Shown: positions 36,563 to 47,654 of the stretch, in pieces
Layout of the letters: every line of letters begins with the position of its first letter
Position numbering within the stretch: position 1 is the first letter of the stretch
From: Macrostomum lignano
Taxonomy: Eukaryota
Assembly: GCA_002269645.1 (NCBI GenBank)
Contig: NIVC01000217.1
Location: 124,001 to 188,000 of the forward strand
Length of the DNA: 64,000 nt
Direction: 5' to 3'
Notes under the pieces: generated by a model
The model's input: the letters and a program-made list of their open reading frames with translations, nothing else
The model's database searches: none
Told to the model about the DNA's origin: nothing
Position numbers and translations under genes: made by a program

Positions 36563-36682
36563 TTAGTTTTTAGTTTTTCAACTTTTCTTGATTTTTTTCA
36601 ACAAAACTAAGGCAATAGACTATAAGGAAATAATAAACGCTTAATGATAGGTACTTGATTTCATTCCTGATTTCACGCACAG

Positions 36683-36930
36683 ATGTGGGCAGAAACACCT
36701 ACACGACGAAGATTCGGCAGTCCAGCCCTCCGGTGACTTCCGATTCAACTTCTATCTGGTCGGCCGCTGCCCCATCCGTCATGCGCTGCCTTTCCAAGTG
36801 CAGCGCCAGAGCCGACTGCCAGGCCGCCGTTTTCTCCCAGCGGCTGCTCGCCTGCCACCTGCTGGAGTTCGCCTACCCGCCAGCCAGCCTGACCGGACCC
36901 GACTGGACTCTCTACCAGCGTGGCTGCTGA
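36683..36930 (+). CDS. Terminal exon encoding a PAN/apple-like domain
   Basis: Acceptor cacAG at 36681-36682; SVMRCLSKCSARADCQAAVF..ACHLL has the C-x3-C-x5-C...C PAN spacing; upstream exon not identified. Confidence 0.6.
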
Positions 36931-37874
36931 AAACGATGACAACAAAAAATTGACTTTTTTGGATAACCAAACGCAAATCAAGAACGTTGTCTTCTGTTGT
37001 CCTTGATGCAAAAAATAAACCCATCATTTACTTGCTAACCGTTTGATTGAAGCCCAGCTTAACAGTTCGTCCAATTGAACTAGCAAAACGATTGTAATCG
37101 TCAAGATGTTGACGAATTGACTGCAAAATATGGAGTTTCTACCAGCGGAGAATTTTGCTTAGATTTTAACAATTAGCAAGCTACGCGCGAGTATTTCTAT
37201 CCAATCCAACAGAGCTAATAGCGTCATTACATCGAGGCAAAACGCTTTTTTTTCAGGCAGCCTCTGTCTTTGGTGGGCACCAGTGTATCTTGGTGGGCGC
37301 CCATTTCTGTAGGTTGGCGCCCCTTTTTTAGGTTGGCGCCCCTGTCTCTTGGTGGGCCCCTCTTTTCTCTTGGTGGGCGCCAGTGTCTCTTGGTGAGCGA
37401 CCCTCTAAGTTCGCCACTTCAATGCAATCAGCTTGAAATTCGAGAAAGATTTAAATTGCCCAGAAGCAAAAATTGACTCACACTCACTCATATCTTTGAT
37501 TGATAAAAATTCCCCTATGGCACTTGAAATATCGTGGCAGCAACATTATATTATCACCCTCTGAATTAGTAAGGAATCTTAGCCCCTGACAGAGCAGTTC
37601 AGTGAGCAGTTTTTAATTGCATTTCGTTCCCACAGCCTTGCAGGAAAACTCTGCTTCAAAGTTACTGCATGGAAACATGTGATTGAAGTTGATGCAGCTT
37701 GTGGATGCGAAAAGTTGGACTGGTGAAGACTTGGCTGATTTTCTGATTTAATCAACAATTCAAAGCACGAGCAGTTTCATAGGCTGGCTTTAGGTTAGAT
37801 TTGGCTTCCACAATATCTCTTCATCAAGAGATTACAAAATGGTTAATAAGGTATTTAGTTGTAAAAGAAATCTG

Positions 37875-38052
37875 ACTGACTGACTCACTGACTTAGTGAG
37901 TGGGTGACTGACTGACTGACTGACTGACTGACTGACTGACTGACTGACTGACTGACTGACTGACTGACTGACTGACTGACTGACTGACTGACTGACTTAG
38001 TGAGTGGGTGACTGACTAACTGACTTAGTGAGTGGGTGACTAGCTGACTGAC
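37875..38052. repeat. (CTGA)n microsatellite with ttagtgagtgggtg interruptions
   Basis: Direct reading. Confidence 0.95.
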
Positions 38053-38565
38053 CGTAAGTAGGCAACGTTAATGAATTGGCTTCACAAGGTTTGATAACAT
38101 ATTCATCTCTTCAAAATGTTATCAGTAGTGTAGATAATATGACAATATGATTTGCAAACAGCGATATTGCTAGACTGTAAAGTATTGCGTAGCGTTCAAA
38201 CGTAAATGCTGCAAATCAACAGAAAAAACCGGATGTTTGGGCAGCCCGCACGAGGTTCAACGGTTTTTCCTTAGTCCTCAATATCGGAGCAGGTGGAAAT
38301 ATATTACTTTGGCAGAAAGAAGTTAATGAATAATGCATTTATTCGCCCAAGGAGCTGTGTGCACTTTTTCACCCCCCTCTCTACCTCGTCACTGTGCGAA
38401 CCCGGCAAACATCAAGCGGGAACCGAGAAGTTTTTTCGGTTCTCTCTCTCCCTCTCCTTCCTCTTCGCTTCAACGTATTGCAAACTGGCTATTGCGCCGC
38501 AGCCTCCAGCCCGCTTATCTTATCCGACCCGTTGCTCCTTAAATGCGCATTCCGATGGATAGAGA

Positions 38566-39843
38566 ATGAGGCCAGATCCGAAGAAATACCAGATTTTAGC
38601 TTGGCTGCTTAAAGCGGCTCTCGAGCACACTATGCCAGATCTCGAGGGTGAAAACTGCAGCACCGGTTCGCTGGGAAACTGGACAACTCAGTTTTATCCT
38701 ACGACTCAGTATCCTTTCAGTGAATCGTGGAACAGATTTCACTGGTGCGTCTTTGTTTGGCTGTTTCCGACGCTCTGCTTTGTTGGCGGCGTGATGAATT
38801 CGCTCTGCTTCTGGGTGATCCTGAGGCATCGCCGCCTGTTCCCAAGGGTCACGCGGCTGTTCATGCTCATCATTAGCTTGAACGATGCTCTCATCCTACT
38901 GCTGAAGGCACCGACGCATTATTTGACTTACATGTCGCAGCCGTTTGTAGCAAATGCCTGGGACTGGTTCGTCAATCCATTTTACGGCAGTCACGCTGGT
39001 TGCATTCTCTATGTGTTCGTCACCCACTATGCCCTGTTTGGTGCGCCTTTCTTTCAGCTGGGCCTCACTGTGGATCGCCTGGTAGCCGTGGCGACTCCGT
39101 TAAGAGCTCGGCGCATTATGACAGTGACAAAGACTGCAGCTCTGCTAGCTGCGGTGACCACTTTGGCCATGGTACTGCCGGTACTGCGCACGGCCACCAC
39201 TAGCTGGAACGCAGACACTTCAGCCTGCATCGTTGGGGAGAACCAAGACTATGAGTCAACCTATGTGAAGCTCGAACTGTTCTATGGCCGAGTTGCTTTG
39301 ACTGTCTGCCTCATCTCCGGCTCGCTGGTGATCTGCATCCTTCTTCGCCGGTCGGATGTTGCGGCAGCCGATGCTGCAGCTGAACTGGGTCAGGCCAACA
39401 ACAGAACGGCCGCTGTACGAAGATTCCGGACACTCACCCGTCTCAGCATTCTGTTGGGCCTTTTCAATGCAGCCTTTTTGATTTGCAATCTACCTTGGAG
39501 TTCGGCCGAAATGCTGCATCTAGTTGGCGCCCTCGACCAGATACCGTCGAACACTTATGAGCTTCTCTTGCGTCAATTGAACACTCTGATGTACTTTCAG
39601 TGCGTTCTAAACGTTCTGGTGTACTTTTCTGGCGGAAGCTTCAGACAGAAGTTCTCCGCTACCTACTCTCGCGGCTGTTGTCGGCGAATCTGTTGTTGCT
39701 GTCCTCAGCAGTCGGGCGCGATTGTCGAAGCAAACGTCTTCTCGTTCAGCGGGACCGTTAATCCCATGGCTGCCGCCGGTAGATATCAGAGAAATCGGGA
39801 CTCCGGATTCAGAAACGTTCGCGACTCAACCAAGAACTGTTAA
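38566..39843 (+). CDS. Rhodopsin-family (class A) peptide-receptor-like GPCR, intronless
   Basis: 425 aa with seven hydrophobic segments; TM1 GGVMN, TM2 ISLND, TM3 DRLVAV, TM6 FLICNLPW, TM7 LNVLVY; Cys-rich tail. Confidence 0.9.
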   Translation: MRPDPKKYQILAWLLKAALEHTMPDLEGENCSTGSLGNWTTQFYPTTQYPFSESWNRFHWCVFVWLFPTLCFVGGVMNSLCFWVILRHRRLFPRVTRLFMLIISLNDALILLLKAPTHYLTYMSQPFVANAWDWFVNPFYGSHAGCILYVFVTHYALFGAPFFQLGLTVDRLVAVATPLRARRIMTVTKTAALLAAVTTLAMVLPVLRTATTSWNADTSACIVGENQDYESTYVKLELFYGRVALTVCLISGSLVICILLRRSDVAAADAAAELGQANNRTAAVRRFRTLTRLSILLGLFNAAFLICNLPWSSAEMLHLVGALDQIPSNTYELLLRQLNTLMYFQCVLNVLVYFSGGSFRQKFSATYSRGCCRRICCCCPQQSGAIVEANVFSFSGTVNPMAAAGRYQRNRDSGFRNVRDSTKNC

Positions 39844-40775
39844 AACTTGCACTTCAAGCCACTTCAAGCACCTTGATAGACGTGTCCTAAGCCACAAGTA
39901 AAATTATATGAAGTTTGTATTATTTCATTAAAATGTTTTTAACTATACAGACATTCTGTTGTTTATTTCGTCAATCAGCTAGCTTCTCATCAGCTAAGTT
40001 TGTGTAATAGAAAAACTAATGTTTATATGGTTGATTGTTATAAAAACGTTATTGTTAGAATGACTTTGAATTCCATGAATACGTGCGTATATAGGCCAGA
40101 GCAGGACTATGCAAGATTTCATACAACACGTATTTGACTAGCTCTCTGATGTAGCTTGGAAGAAAATTTAGACCTTTGAAGGAATATTCATAATTTTTGT
40201 GCTTATACTTCCTGCTTGTATCCTGGATCTTGGTACTTCCTGGATGTTTGGTTCTTGTTTCAAATACCTACTGATACTGACTTTATTGCGGACATTTACT
40301 GATATAGGCTTCGCTCGGAAAGTCGAGAAGTCGAAAAGTTACGTAGATAGCTTTGAACTTTGTCGGCGCCCCATCTTATGCTACATGGTGCTGCACTAGC
40401 TATAGCATCAATCGTTCTGTACTCCGTTTCCGGGTTCTAAGCCAGCGCCGCATATATAAACAAAAGATGCAAACTATCTAACCTTCAAACGCGCCAATTC
40501 CTATAAAAATGCGTGTAGACATCATAAATGCGCATAAAGAGCGAACAATGTGTTTAAACTTAGCGACATCCGATATGGTTTAAGACGACGTTTTGGTCTG
40601 TATCGCATGACAAAACGCGAACAATGATAAAATGGCTTGGTTTCCTAAAAATACTACACCATTATTTTGATGACTTTGTTTAACGTATGCCACTTTGGAT
40701 GCTACTTGTATATTAGGACAGTAAATTTTCTACCTTGCTAGTTCAACTGACAGCGACATCTGAAGAATCACAACC

Positions 40776-41195
40776 ATGCATCATTACATTCGGAAACTTG
40801 TGTATTTAGCTGCCGTCGCTACATTTATTTGCTGTGTGGCTCTTCAAAGCTGGACAACGGTCAGATATCACAGGTTAAATCTGGAACCGTCAGAGACACT
40901 GACTAAACCCGATAACAAAGCGACGCATTCAGCAGTGGATATTGGCGACTTTCACGCTCACTACCGTCAGTTGCGAGAGGAAATCACTCGAAAATATTTG
41001 TACCGATTTGATCGGCAGACTCCTGCCAGTGATGAGGCTCAAGCCTGAGGAGGCCAACTTTCAACTACGAGTGAAAGCCGGTCTAGACTGGATGCATCGG
41101 CAGGACCTGGTGGTGGCAATCACTGTTCGCGATGCAGCTCGAGGCCTGCCCGACTCGCTGGCGAACCTCGACCGTTTGAGAGCCCTGTTTAACAG
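40776..41195 (+). CDS. GT-A glycosyltransferase (CAP59/GT69-like), exon 1, containing a +1 frameshift near 40990-41045
   Basis: Signal-anchor MHHYIRKLVYLAAVATFICCVAL in one frame (stop at 41048); catalytic start LVVAITVRDAARGLPDSL in the next frame; donor AG|GTTTGT at 41196. Confidence 0.7.
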
Positions 41196-42010
41196 GTTTG
41201 TGAAGGGGCTGTCTTTTCAATGCCTTACAAAATATTATTTTTATCCTCGACTCCGCCTCCTTTTTCCATTCCTAGAGACTTCAATTTTATTAAAACCTAA
41301 ATCTGGACTGCAGTATTACTAGTAGGACTCTGATTGCAGAAAGGGTTTTGGTCATGAGGTCACCCTGGCACCCTGGCAATTCTGCCCATTCCGCTGGGTC
41401 CTGAGAACAGACAAACGCGCCAATATTGTACGCAGGCACGCACTCGTACACATGGTCACACAGGGTGTACAGTGCATGGTTCTGACTTTCTAACCGTCAT
41501 GAATGTACACTCTCTGTCTCTTGGGGTTGACCTTCATGACCTAACTATGAATCGAACAACAACCCAGATGCGTTTTTCCGCTAAGCTGCTCTCTCTCTCC
41601 CTCTACATCTGGACTCTAGTTGGACTGTTTTTAACAAAAATTCTCACAGTACTCGGAAATTTAAATCGATTATACATGCTTATTATGGTCAATTGAGCAA
41701 ATTATTCGATGTGCATCAACCCTTACGGTGAGAATTGATGTCAAAAATGGCAAATAAGTTTAGATTGAGCTGCTACTCTCCTTGTAACAACTTTGAGCTG
41801 GGATTTGAAATAGAGGGTGCCAGTTTGCGGTCCCATCTGTGTTAAAGTTGTACTCCGTACAAACTGTACATACTATACGCTTCCCTCGGATGCAACACGT
41901 AATTGTAGAAGCTATGCCCTTGGTTGCACACATAGACAAAATGTAATTTAGTGTAAATGTTTTCGTATTTTGCCTAGTACAGATGTCACTAGCTCGATCG
42001 TATTCCACAG

Positions 42011-42151
42011 ATCGTGGATCGTAGCTGTGGAAAGCGACTCCATTGACACCACGCGAGTACTGCTGCACAGCATTGGCAAACGCGACCCGACGATGCGCCT
42101 GCTGGGCTGCGGCCGCGTCAACTCACCTGAACCGTGCTTGTTGAATGCCAG
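42011..42151 (+). CDS. CAP59/GT69-like glycosyltransferase, exon 2
   Basis: cacAG|...AG|GTGTGT, 141 bp, phase 2-2; IVAVESDSIDTTRVLL (ENDSxDxT-like motif). Confidence 0.8.
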
Positions 42152-42472
42152 GTGTGTGCTGTGACTTATTCTATTTATCATTGAACCTACACGATCTCTG
42201 CTTTACATTGTTCCAAAGACGTAACCTTGCTCGTCATATGCTTAGTTTTCGTTTGGGGCGATGCGCCTATTTGAAGCGCCTCAGTATCAGTGACGCCAGC
42301 ACCAACCGTAGGTCTTTCCCCGGGTATCATCTTTGATTTGACACCCGCAGCTCACAGTTTGACGTCTCTTGACAATCTCCAGTGCTCAAAAACACCGAAT
42401 ACGAGTATTTGATTGACCTGAACTGACCGTTACAGCGCACATATTACCTCATCCTCAATTGCATTGCTGCAG

Positions 42473-42658
42473 ATACGCCAGCACCCGTCGCAGTCATCAA
42501 CCCGGATGGTTGGTGAAGCGCACCGTAGCGGAAGAGATTGACAGAGGCCTCATCATGTCCGCCCTGCGCAACCAGTATCTGGATTACACTTATAGGCATC
42601 TGGCACCGATGGGCCCCACTCTGTTGCTAGTGCTGGATGCTGATATTGCCTGGAAAAG
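42473..42658 (+). CDS. CAP59/GT69-like glycosyltransferase, exon 3
   Basis: tgcAG|...AG|GTGACT, 186 bp, phase 2-2; MSALRNQYL and LLVLDADI (DxD). Confidence 0.82.
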
Positions 42659-43279
42659 GTGACTGTCTAGTTTATTTGATGACTTTTATTGATTAAGAAG
42701 GTTCAACATTACTAATAAGAGATTCAATTAATTGTCATTAGACAACGACAATTTAGCACTCTGTCAGTTTTAGGTCTAATACAACAAATCATCGTTATAG
42801 GGTGGGTCTCTAGGGTAGGATGCGACCGAATCTGGGACGCTATATAGCATCAAGCTAGCAGGCAGTTGACGAAGCTCAAAGTGCGCGCCAGTCCTATTCA
42901 ATAGAGTGCCTGAAGAGGCAGCAGCAGCACCTGCTTCGGCTATAAGCAGTTCTCTTCGGCGTGGATGATGCGGCCTGCCAGCGTTCAGGTATCAGCGTTG
43001 TAAAGTCTATTCTGACCAATGCTAGTACAACGCTGTTTTTGTTTAAACTATGCATCAGTTAGTTGCATTAAATAATTTTTGGCACTACTTTCGAGCGTTA
43101 TTATAGGCATCGCCTACTAAAGAGTAGTAGGAAAGGAGTGTGAAAAGAATCCCTATAGTCAGAGTCAAAAGTTTATGGCCCCATTATGTGCAGGGCTCTG
43201 AACATCTGGCCGATCGGGAGTTCGAATGATTATTAAGCATGCATCTGAATGCCCAAATACCTCTTCTAATTGCCGCCAG

Positions 43280-43688
43280 ATGGAACCTGGACAACATTGC
43301 TCAAGGACTCTATTACTTTGCGAGCAGACCTCAGCTGCATCAGCTGTGCGCTAACACGCTTAGCGAGTCCAATGAGCTGCAGGACCCCTGCTCGCTGACA
43401 TTTTACAATAACAAGCAGTTTGGCGAGGAACGCAAACTGCCTACAGTTCACTACAATCACGTCATGGCCAACCTGTCAGCAAAAAGCCACCTGCCGCCTA
43501 TCAAAGTAGCCAGCTGCTTTCAATCATTTGCATTTTATAGACTGCAATACCTGGCAAACAGAAGGCTATTTTATCAACGAGCCCATGGTGAATGGATTTG
43601 CGAGCACAACACTTTGTCTAGGCAGCTGGCTGAGGTGTACATTGATCCGCTAATGCGTCTCGCAGTCCGACGTGCCTATGTTGGCTGA
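43280..43688 (+). CDS. CAP59/GT69-like glycosyltransferase, last exon
   Basis: Acceptor gccAG at 43278-43279 continues the frame (K-R-W-N-L-D); PIKVASCFQSFAFYR and ICEH motifs; stop at 43686-43688. Confidence 0.8.
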
Positions 43689-44114
43689 GGCGTGAGCAAG
43701 AGCCTGTAGCATCCAGCGACAGTTTCACATTCACCTTAACAGTCGATCGCATAGTAACACGCAAAATATTGCCTCTGGAATTATTAAAATCAATAGCTGA
43801 AAATTCTCGACTATATATCTTTTGCTTGCTAGTAGTTAGGGAATTAAATATTTCAAACAAAATTTCATCGAAATTCGTTGTTTTGAAAGAGAACACCACA
43901 GAGATGGCTCAAAAAGGGTTTATTGTTTCATATTTATGAAAGCTTTGACGTTCATTGGAGGGTTATCCCAACTGATCGCTATTTCTTTTTTATCACGCAA
44001 TTGTTTTTGATACGGTTGGGTTGAGACGAAAACCATCCCGGGATTTTTCTGTACCCATATCTCTATATGCCAAGGGTTGGAAAACTTTTTCACCTGAAGA
44101 GCCAGATGAAGAAT

Positions 44115-44352
44115 CTAGCTAGAGGAGGGGAGAGAGGAGACGGAATAGAGAAGAGAGGAGAGGAGGGGAGAGAGAAGTAGAGAAAAGAGAGGAGAAGGGA
44201 GAGGAGAGAGGAGAGAAGGTAGATGAGAGAAGGGAAAGGAAGAGGAGATCAGGAGAGAATGTAGAGGAGAGGTGAGAATGGAGAAGAGAGAAGAGAAGAT
44301 AGAGGAGAGGAGAGAAAGGAGAGGAGAGAAGAGAGAGAGATAAGAGAGAAGA
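44115..44352. repeat. GA-rich low-complexity tract
   Basis: Direct reading. Confidence 0.9.
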
Positions 44353-45005
44353 GCGCTAAAAGACACAGACCTTGAGCAGGTCTGATTGTTACAATGAAGT
44401 TTCAAAGAACCCGAGGGCCGGATAGAAGCTAAAGTCCCTATCCTCTAGTAACGATGTGCTATAGTCCCTACATGTATGTTGTACTAAGCCTCTGAGACAC
44501 TAGATGAGAGGAACTGCTGGTCAGTATCCCGGTACATTATGTTTATATTTACTGTGCCTAAACCAATACACGTGCTGAATAAAATATTATGTTGCTCCTT
44601 GCCAAGTTCTTGAAGATGTTCCAAAAGTACAACTCGCTGCTCCGGAAGTAGCTAGATAGTACCGTTGTACTACCTATCGATTTGCCTGAAAAAGAACCTA
44701 AAACGTTAGCCTTAGACTTGGTAGGGTTGCTGCCACCTTTGTGTGCGGACTCGACGCGTCGGCAGAGTTGTCTATCCCTCACCTGAAATAAAATAACGAA
44801 GTCTCTCGGAGCAAAGGCAAATCTGAAAATGTCTCGACAGTTGATCGTTCTAGTAGATGCTGCTCGAACCTGAAAACCTGAAAACCCTGAAATGAGAGAG
44901 GAGAGCTCGGAGGCAGAGAGGCAGCTCCGGACGAGGCCAGGCAGGACGACGCGAGGCTCTGCGCTGCTCCACGATCTGGAGAAAAAATGGCTCGCAGATG
45001 CTCTG

Positions 45006-45390
45006 TATTTATAGCCGAGCGGACGCCCAAAAGTCACGTGAGTTTCATGCAGTGAGCGCGTGAAACTTCCTTATTTGGTCCTCTGAATCATGCGAGCGAT
45101 GCGTGATCCAAGGCCAACTTCCAAATAAGGTAACCCTGTCACGCTGCTGTGGCGTGACTCAAGGTCAGCTGCCACGCAAAACTAGCGTGCACAGTCACGT
45201 GTTTTTCTGCTAAAAATAGAACTTGGGCGAATGAGTCATCCTGTTTACTCCCTCTAGGCAGCCTTTACACTCCGCGCAGGTGATGAGTCATCCAGCTATG
45301 CTTCCTCAGCGCGAGTGGGAAGACATTGAGTGTGGCTACTCGCGCCTGCTCGCCTGCTCGGGCGATGAGTCATCGGGGAGTAAACACTTC
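45006..45390 (-). promoter_or_regulatory. TATA promoter with a dense cluster of CArG/Ets, MEF2, AP-1, forkhead and E-box motifs
   Basis: TATAAATA 45013-45006; CArG boxes 45069-45078 and 45121-45130, each overlapped by acttcc; CTAAAAATAG 45210-45219; TGA(G/C)TCA at 45155, 45232, 45284, 45366; TGTTTAC 45242; GTAAACA 45380; GTCACGTG 45033 and 45194. Confidence 0.8.
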
Positions 45391-46184
45391 GGCCCAGCAC
45401 AGGGTAACTCTCTCAAACAGGTGGACTGAGCTGCTGTGCAGCGGATCACAGCACTCTTAGGAAAAGCTAGTGAATGTTGCTGAATAGCCAGTTAGCAGCC
45501 AGTCACTACAATATAATAAATTCAAAGTAAGTACATGCGATTCAATTAAAATCTGCTGCAGTGATTAAATACGCGACCACGGTGTTAACGCAAGTCGTAG
45601 CGTACAAAATCATACCTTACCGTCGGTGCGGCTGTGTTAACTCTGCATTAATATCAAACACTGTTTTTGAAGCCGATGATTAAAGATAGGCGATCTAGCT
45701 GTTTTTCCTGCAAACCTTCTTTTCTCTGAGCCCAATCTTTGAGCAAAGTGTAAAGTAAAACCAACACGAACAGTTGTCAGATTTCAGCAGCACGCGACCT
45801 TTTTAAGATACCCAGAATTTTTCGAAAGCCATGCTCAAACACAAGTGCTTTTATTGGGAATTTTTTATCTTTAATTCTAATTAGAACGGCCCCTTTTCTC
45901 GCACGATATTTTGTTTTTTAACTAACACATATTTATCCCGTTCGACGAATTTGCAAGGACGACTAAAAGTAACATATTCATACATGTACAATATATGTAG
46001 TCCTTTTAGTAGCCCTTGCAAAATTGACCGTCGTAGTTTACAAAAAATATGTGAAATAAAGAAGGACTAAAAATTGCTGTCAAAATACATGTATTTCACA
46101 TGTAGATCAAAACGGGGCGTCGACCGCCTAGGTGCAAAAATGAGTACCTGGTCGGCGCTGGTCGTGTGTTTTGCCGGGGTCTAT

Positions 46185-46430
46185 GAAATTTGCTTGCGGA
46201 ATTTCGCTTGCGGAAGTCTGCTTGCCGAACTTTGCTTGCCGAACTTTGCTTGCCGAACTTTGCTTGCGGAATTTCGCTTGCAGGAACTTTGCTTGCCGAA
46301 CTTTGCTTGCGGAATTTCGCTTGCGGAAGTCTGCTTGCCGAACTTTGCTTGCCGAACTTTGCTTTCCGAACTTTGCTTGCGGAATTTCGCTTGCAGGAAC
46401 TTTGCTTGCCGAAATTTTGCTTGCCGAGGT
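46185..46430. repeat. ~15-bp degenerate minisatellite
   Basis: gaactttgcttgccg / ggaatttcgcttgc units. Confidence 0.9.
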
Positions 46431-46504
46431 TTGCCAGCCAAAGTTTTCTTGCAGAACGTTATCAGGCGGATGCCAATGGGGGGTATTTCAAATACCCAAA
46501 AAGT

Positions 46505-46800
46505 TATCCACGCCATAACTCTTGAAACCGACGATGGATTCGTCTGAAAAACACTGTACGGGCTAAAATTTATCGAGGAATCTGATGAAGCCATCGCCTA
46601 TTCTCTCCGACATGAAGATCATCGAGATATTCAGCGATTCTCAAGGAGGTCCCCCTGTTTTTGAAGGCAAACCGTCGAATTCAGTGGCTAGGTCTTGACA
46701 CCAGGCAGTAAGGTGCACAAAATGATCCCAAACCTCATTTCAGCCATTGGTGAGGTAACCCAGAACACTTGTCGTGCGCTACAACAATGCCCCGTGGCCA
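46505..46800 (-). pseudogene. Possible decayed piggyBac-like transposase fragment
   Basis: Minus-strand reading FIRFLDKF*PVQCFSDESIVGFK resembles the piggyBac 'DEsmvpFkG' motif; stops present. Confidence 0.35.
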
Positions 46801-47654
46801 CCGTCGACCATCGTCAGGACATTCAACGAGCACATTCTGACATCATCGGAATTTGAGATCCGAAACAAATTTCGGTCAAATATTTATTATGAAATCTTGT
46901 TAATGAGCAACCTACGACTCATTGCACTCACTATACTTCCTGCACTATCCCGACCGTCTGGGACGACCGTCGGGACCTTCAACGGATGTGTCCATCGGAC
47001 TTCTGGCAGTCTAGCATATACTTTGGCTAGAAATTCTTGATCAAGCCTCACCAATGAGCAACGTGAGACTCCCTGTCGCACTCACTATACTTCCAGCACC
47101 ATCCCGACCGTCTGGATGCCTGAAAATAATATAGTAGGGAGTTTTCGTTTAGCATTTTCTGTTTTGTTCCGTAAACCACTTAATGAAAATCCATTGCGCC
47201 CTTGCTACATGCACTACATATGTACATTACGTACATGTAATTTGGATGGCTATACATGTACATGCATGCATTCGCATATATATATAATAATAATTCGGAT
47301 TAAGTCCGTATGGGCTAAAATCGACTATAGCTAGTACTGATTTTTATGTATGTATACATACTGAATGCTTTGAATCAAGTGCTTCCTAGAATCGACTTTT
47401 TCATACATTTGGCCTGGCCCAAGATTGTAAGGGGCGTTTACTTCCGCATACAGTAATAAGTGGCAATTTTTAAAAAATCCAAATGAAAGTTTGCACACAT
47501 TTTTTATAAGCATAATTTTTTTAAAATTATGGAATGCTTTATACTTCTTTTCTTCAGTCAAAAGATGTAATTTAGTAATGCTTTTTTGTTAAGCTACGCA
47601 TTTAAGAACCAATATTTTACAGGAACAATGAATATTGAAATTTAATTTGCGGAA

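Noticed and set aside
41000-41029. A micro-intron to repair the glycosyltransferase frameshift
   Set aside because: The frame-restoring GT..AG option is only 19 nt long; the 30-nt option does not change the frame.
42909-42988. Extra exon in glycosyltransferase intron 3 (AG...CAG|GTATCA)
   Set aside because: It introduces TGA in the required phase, and exon 3 already joins the last exon in frame.
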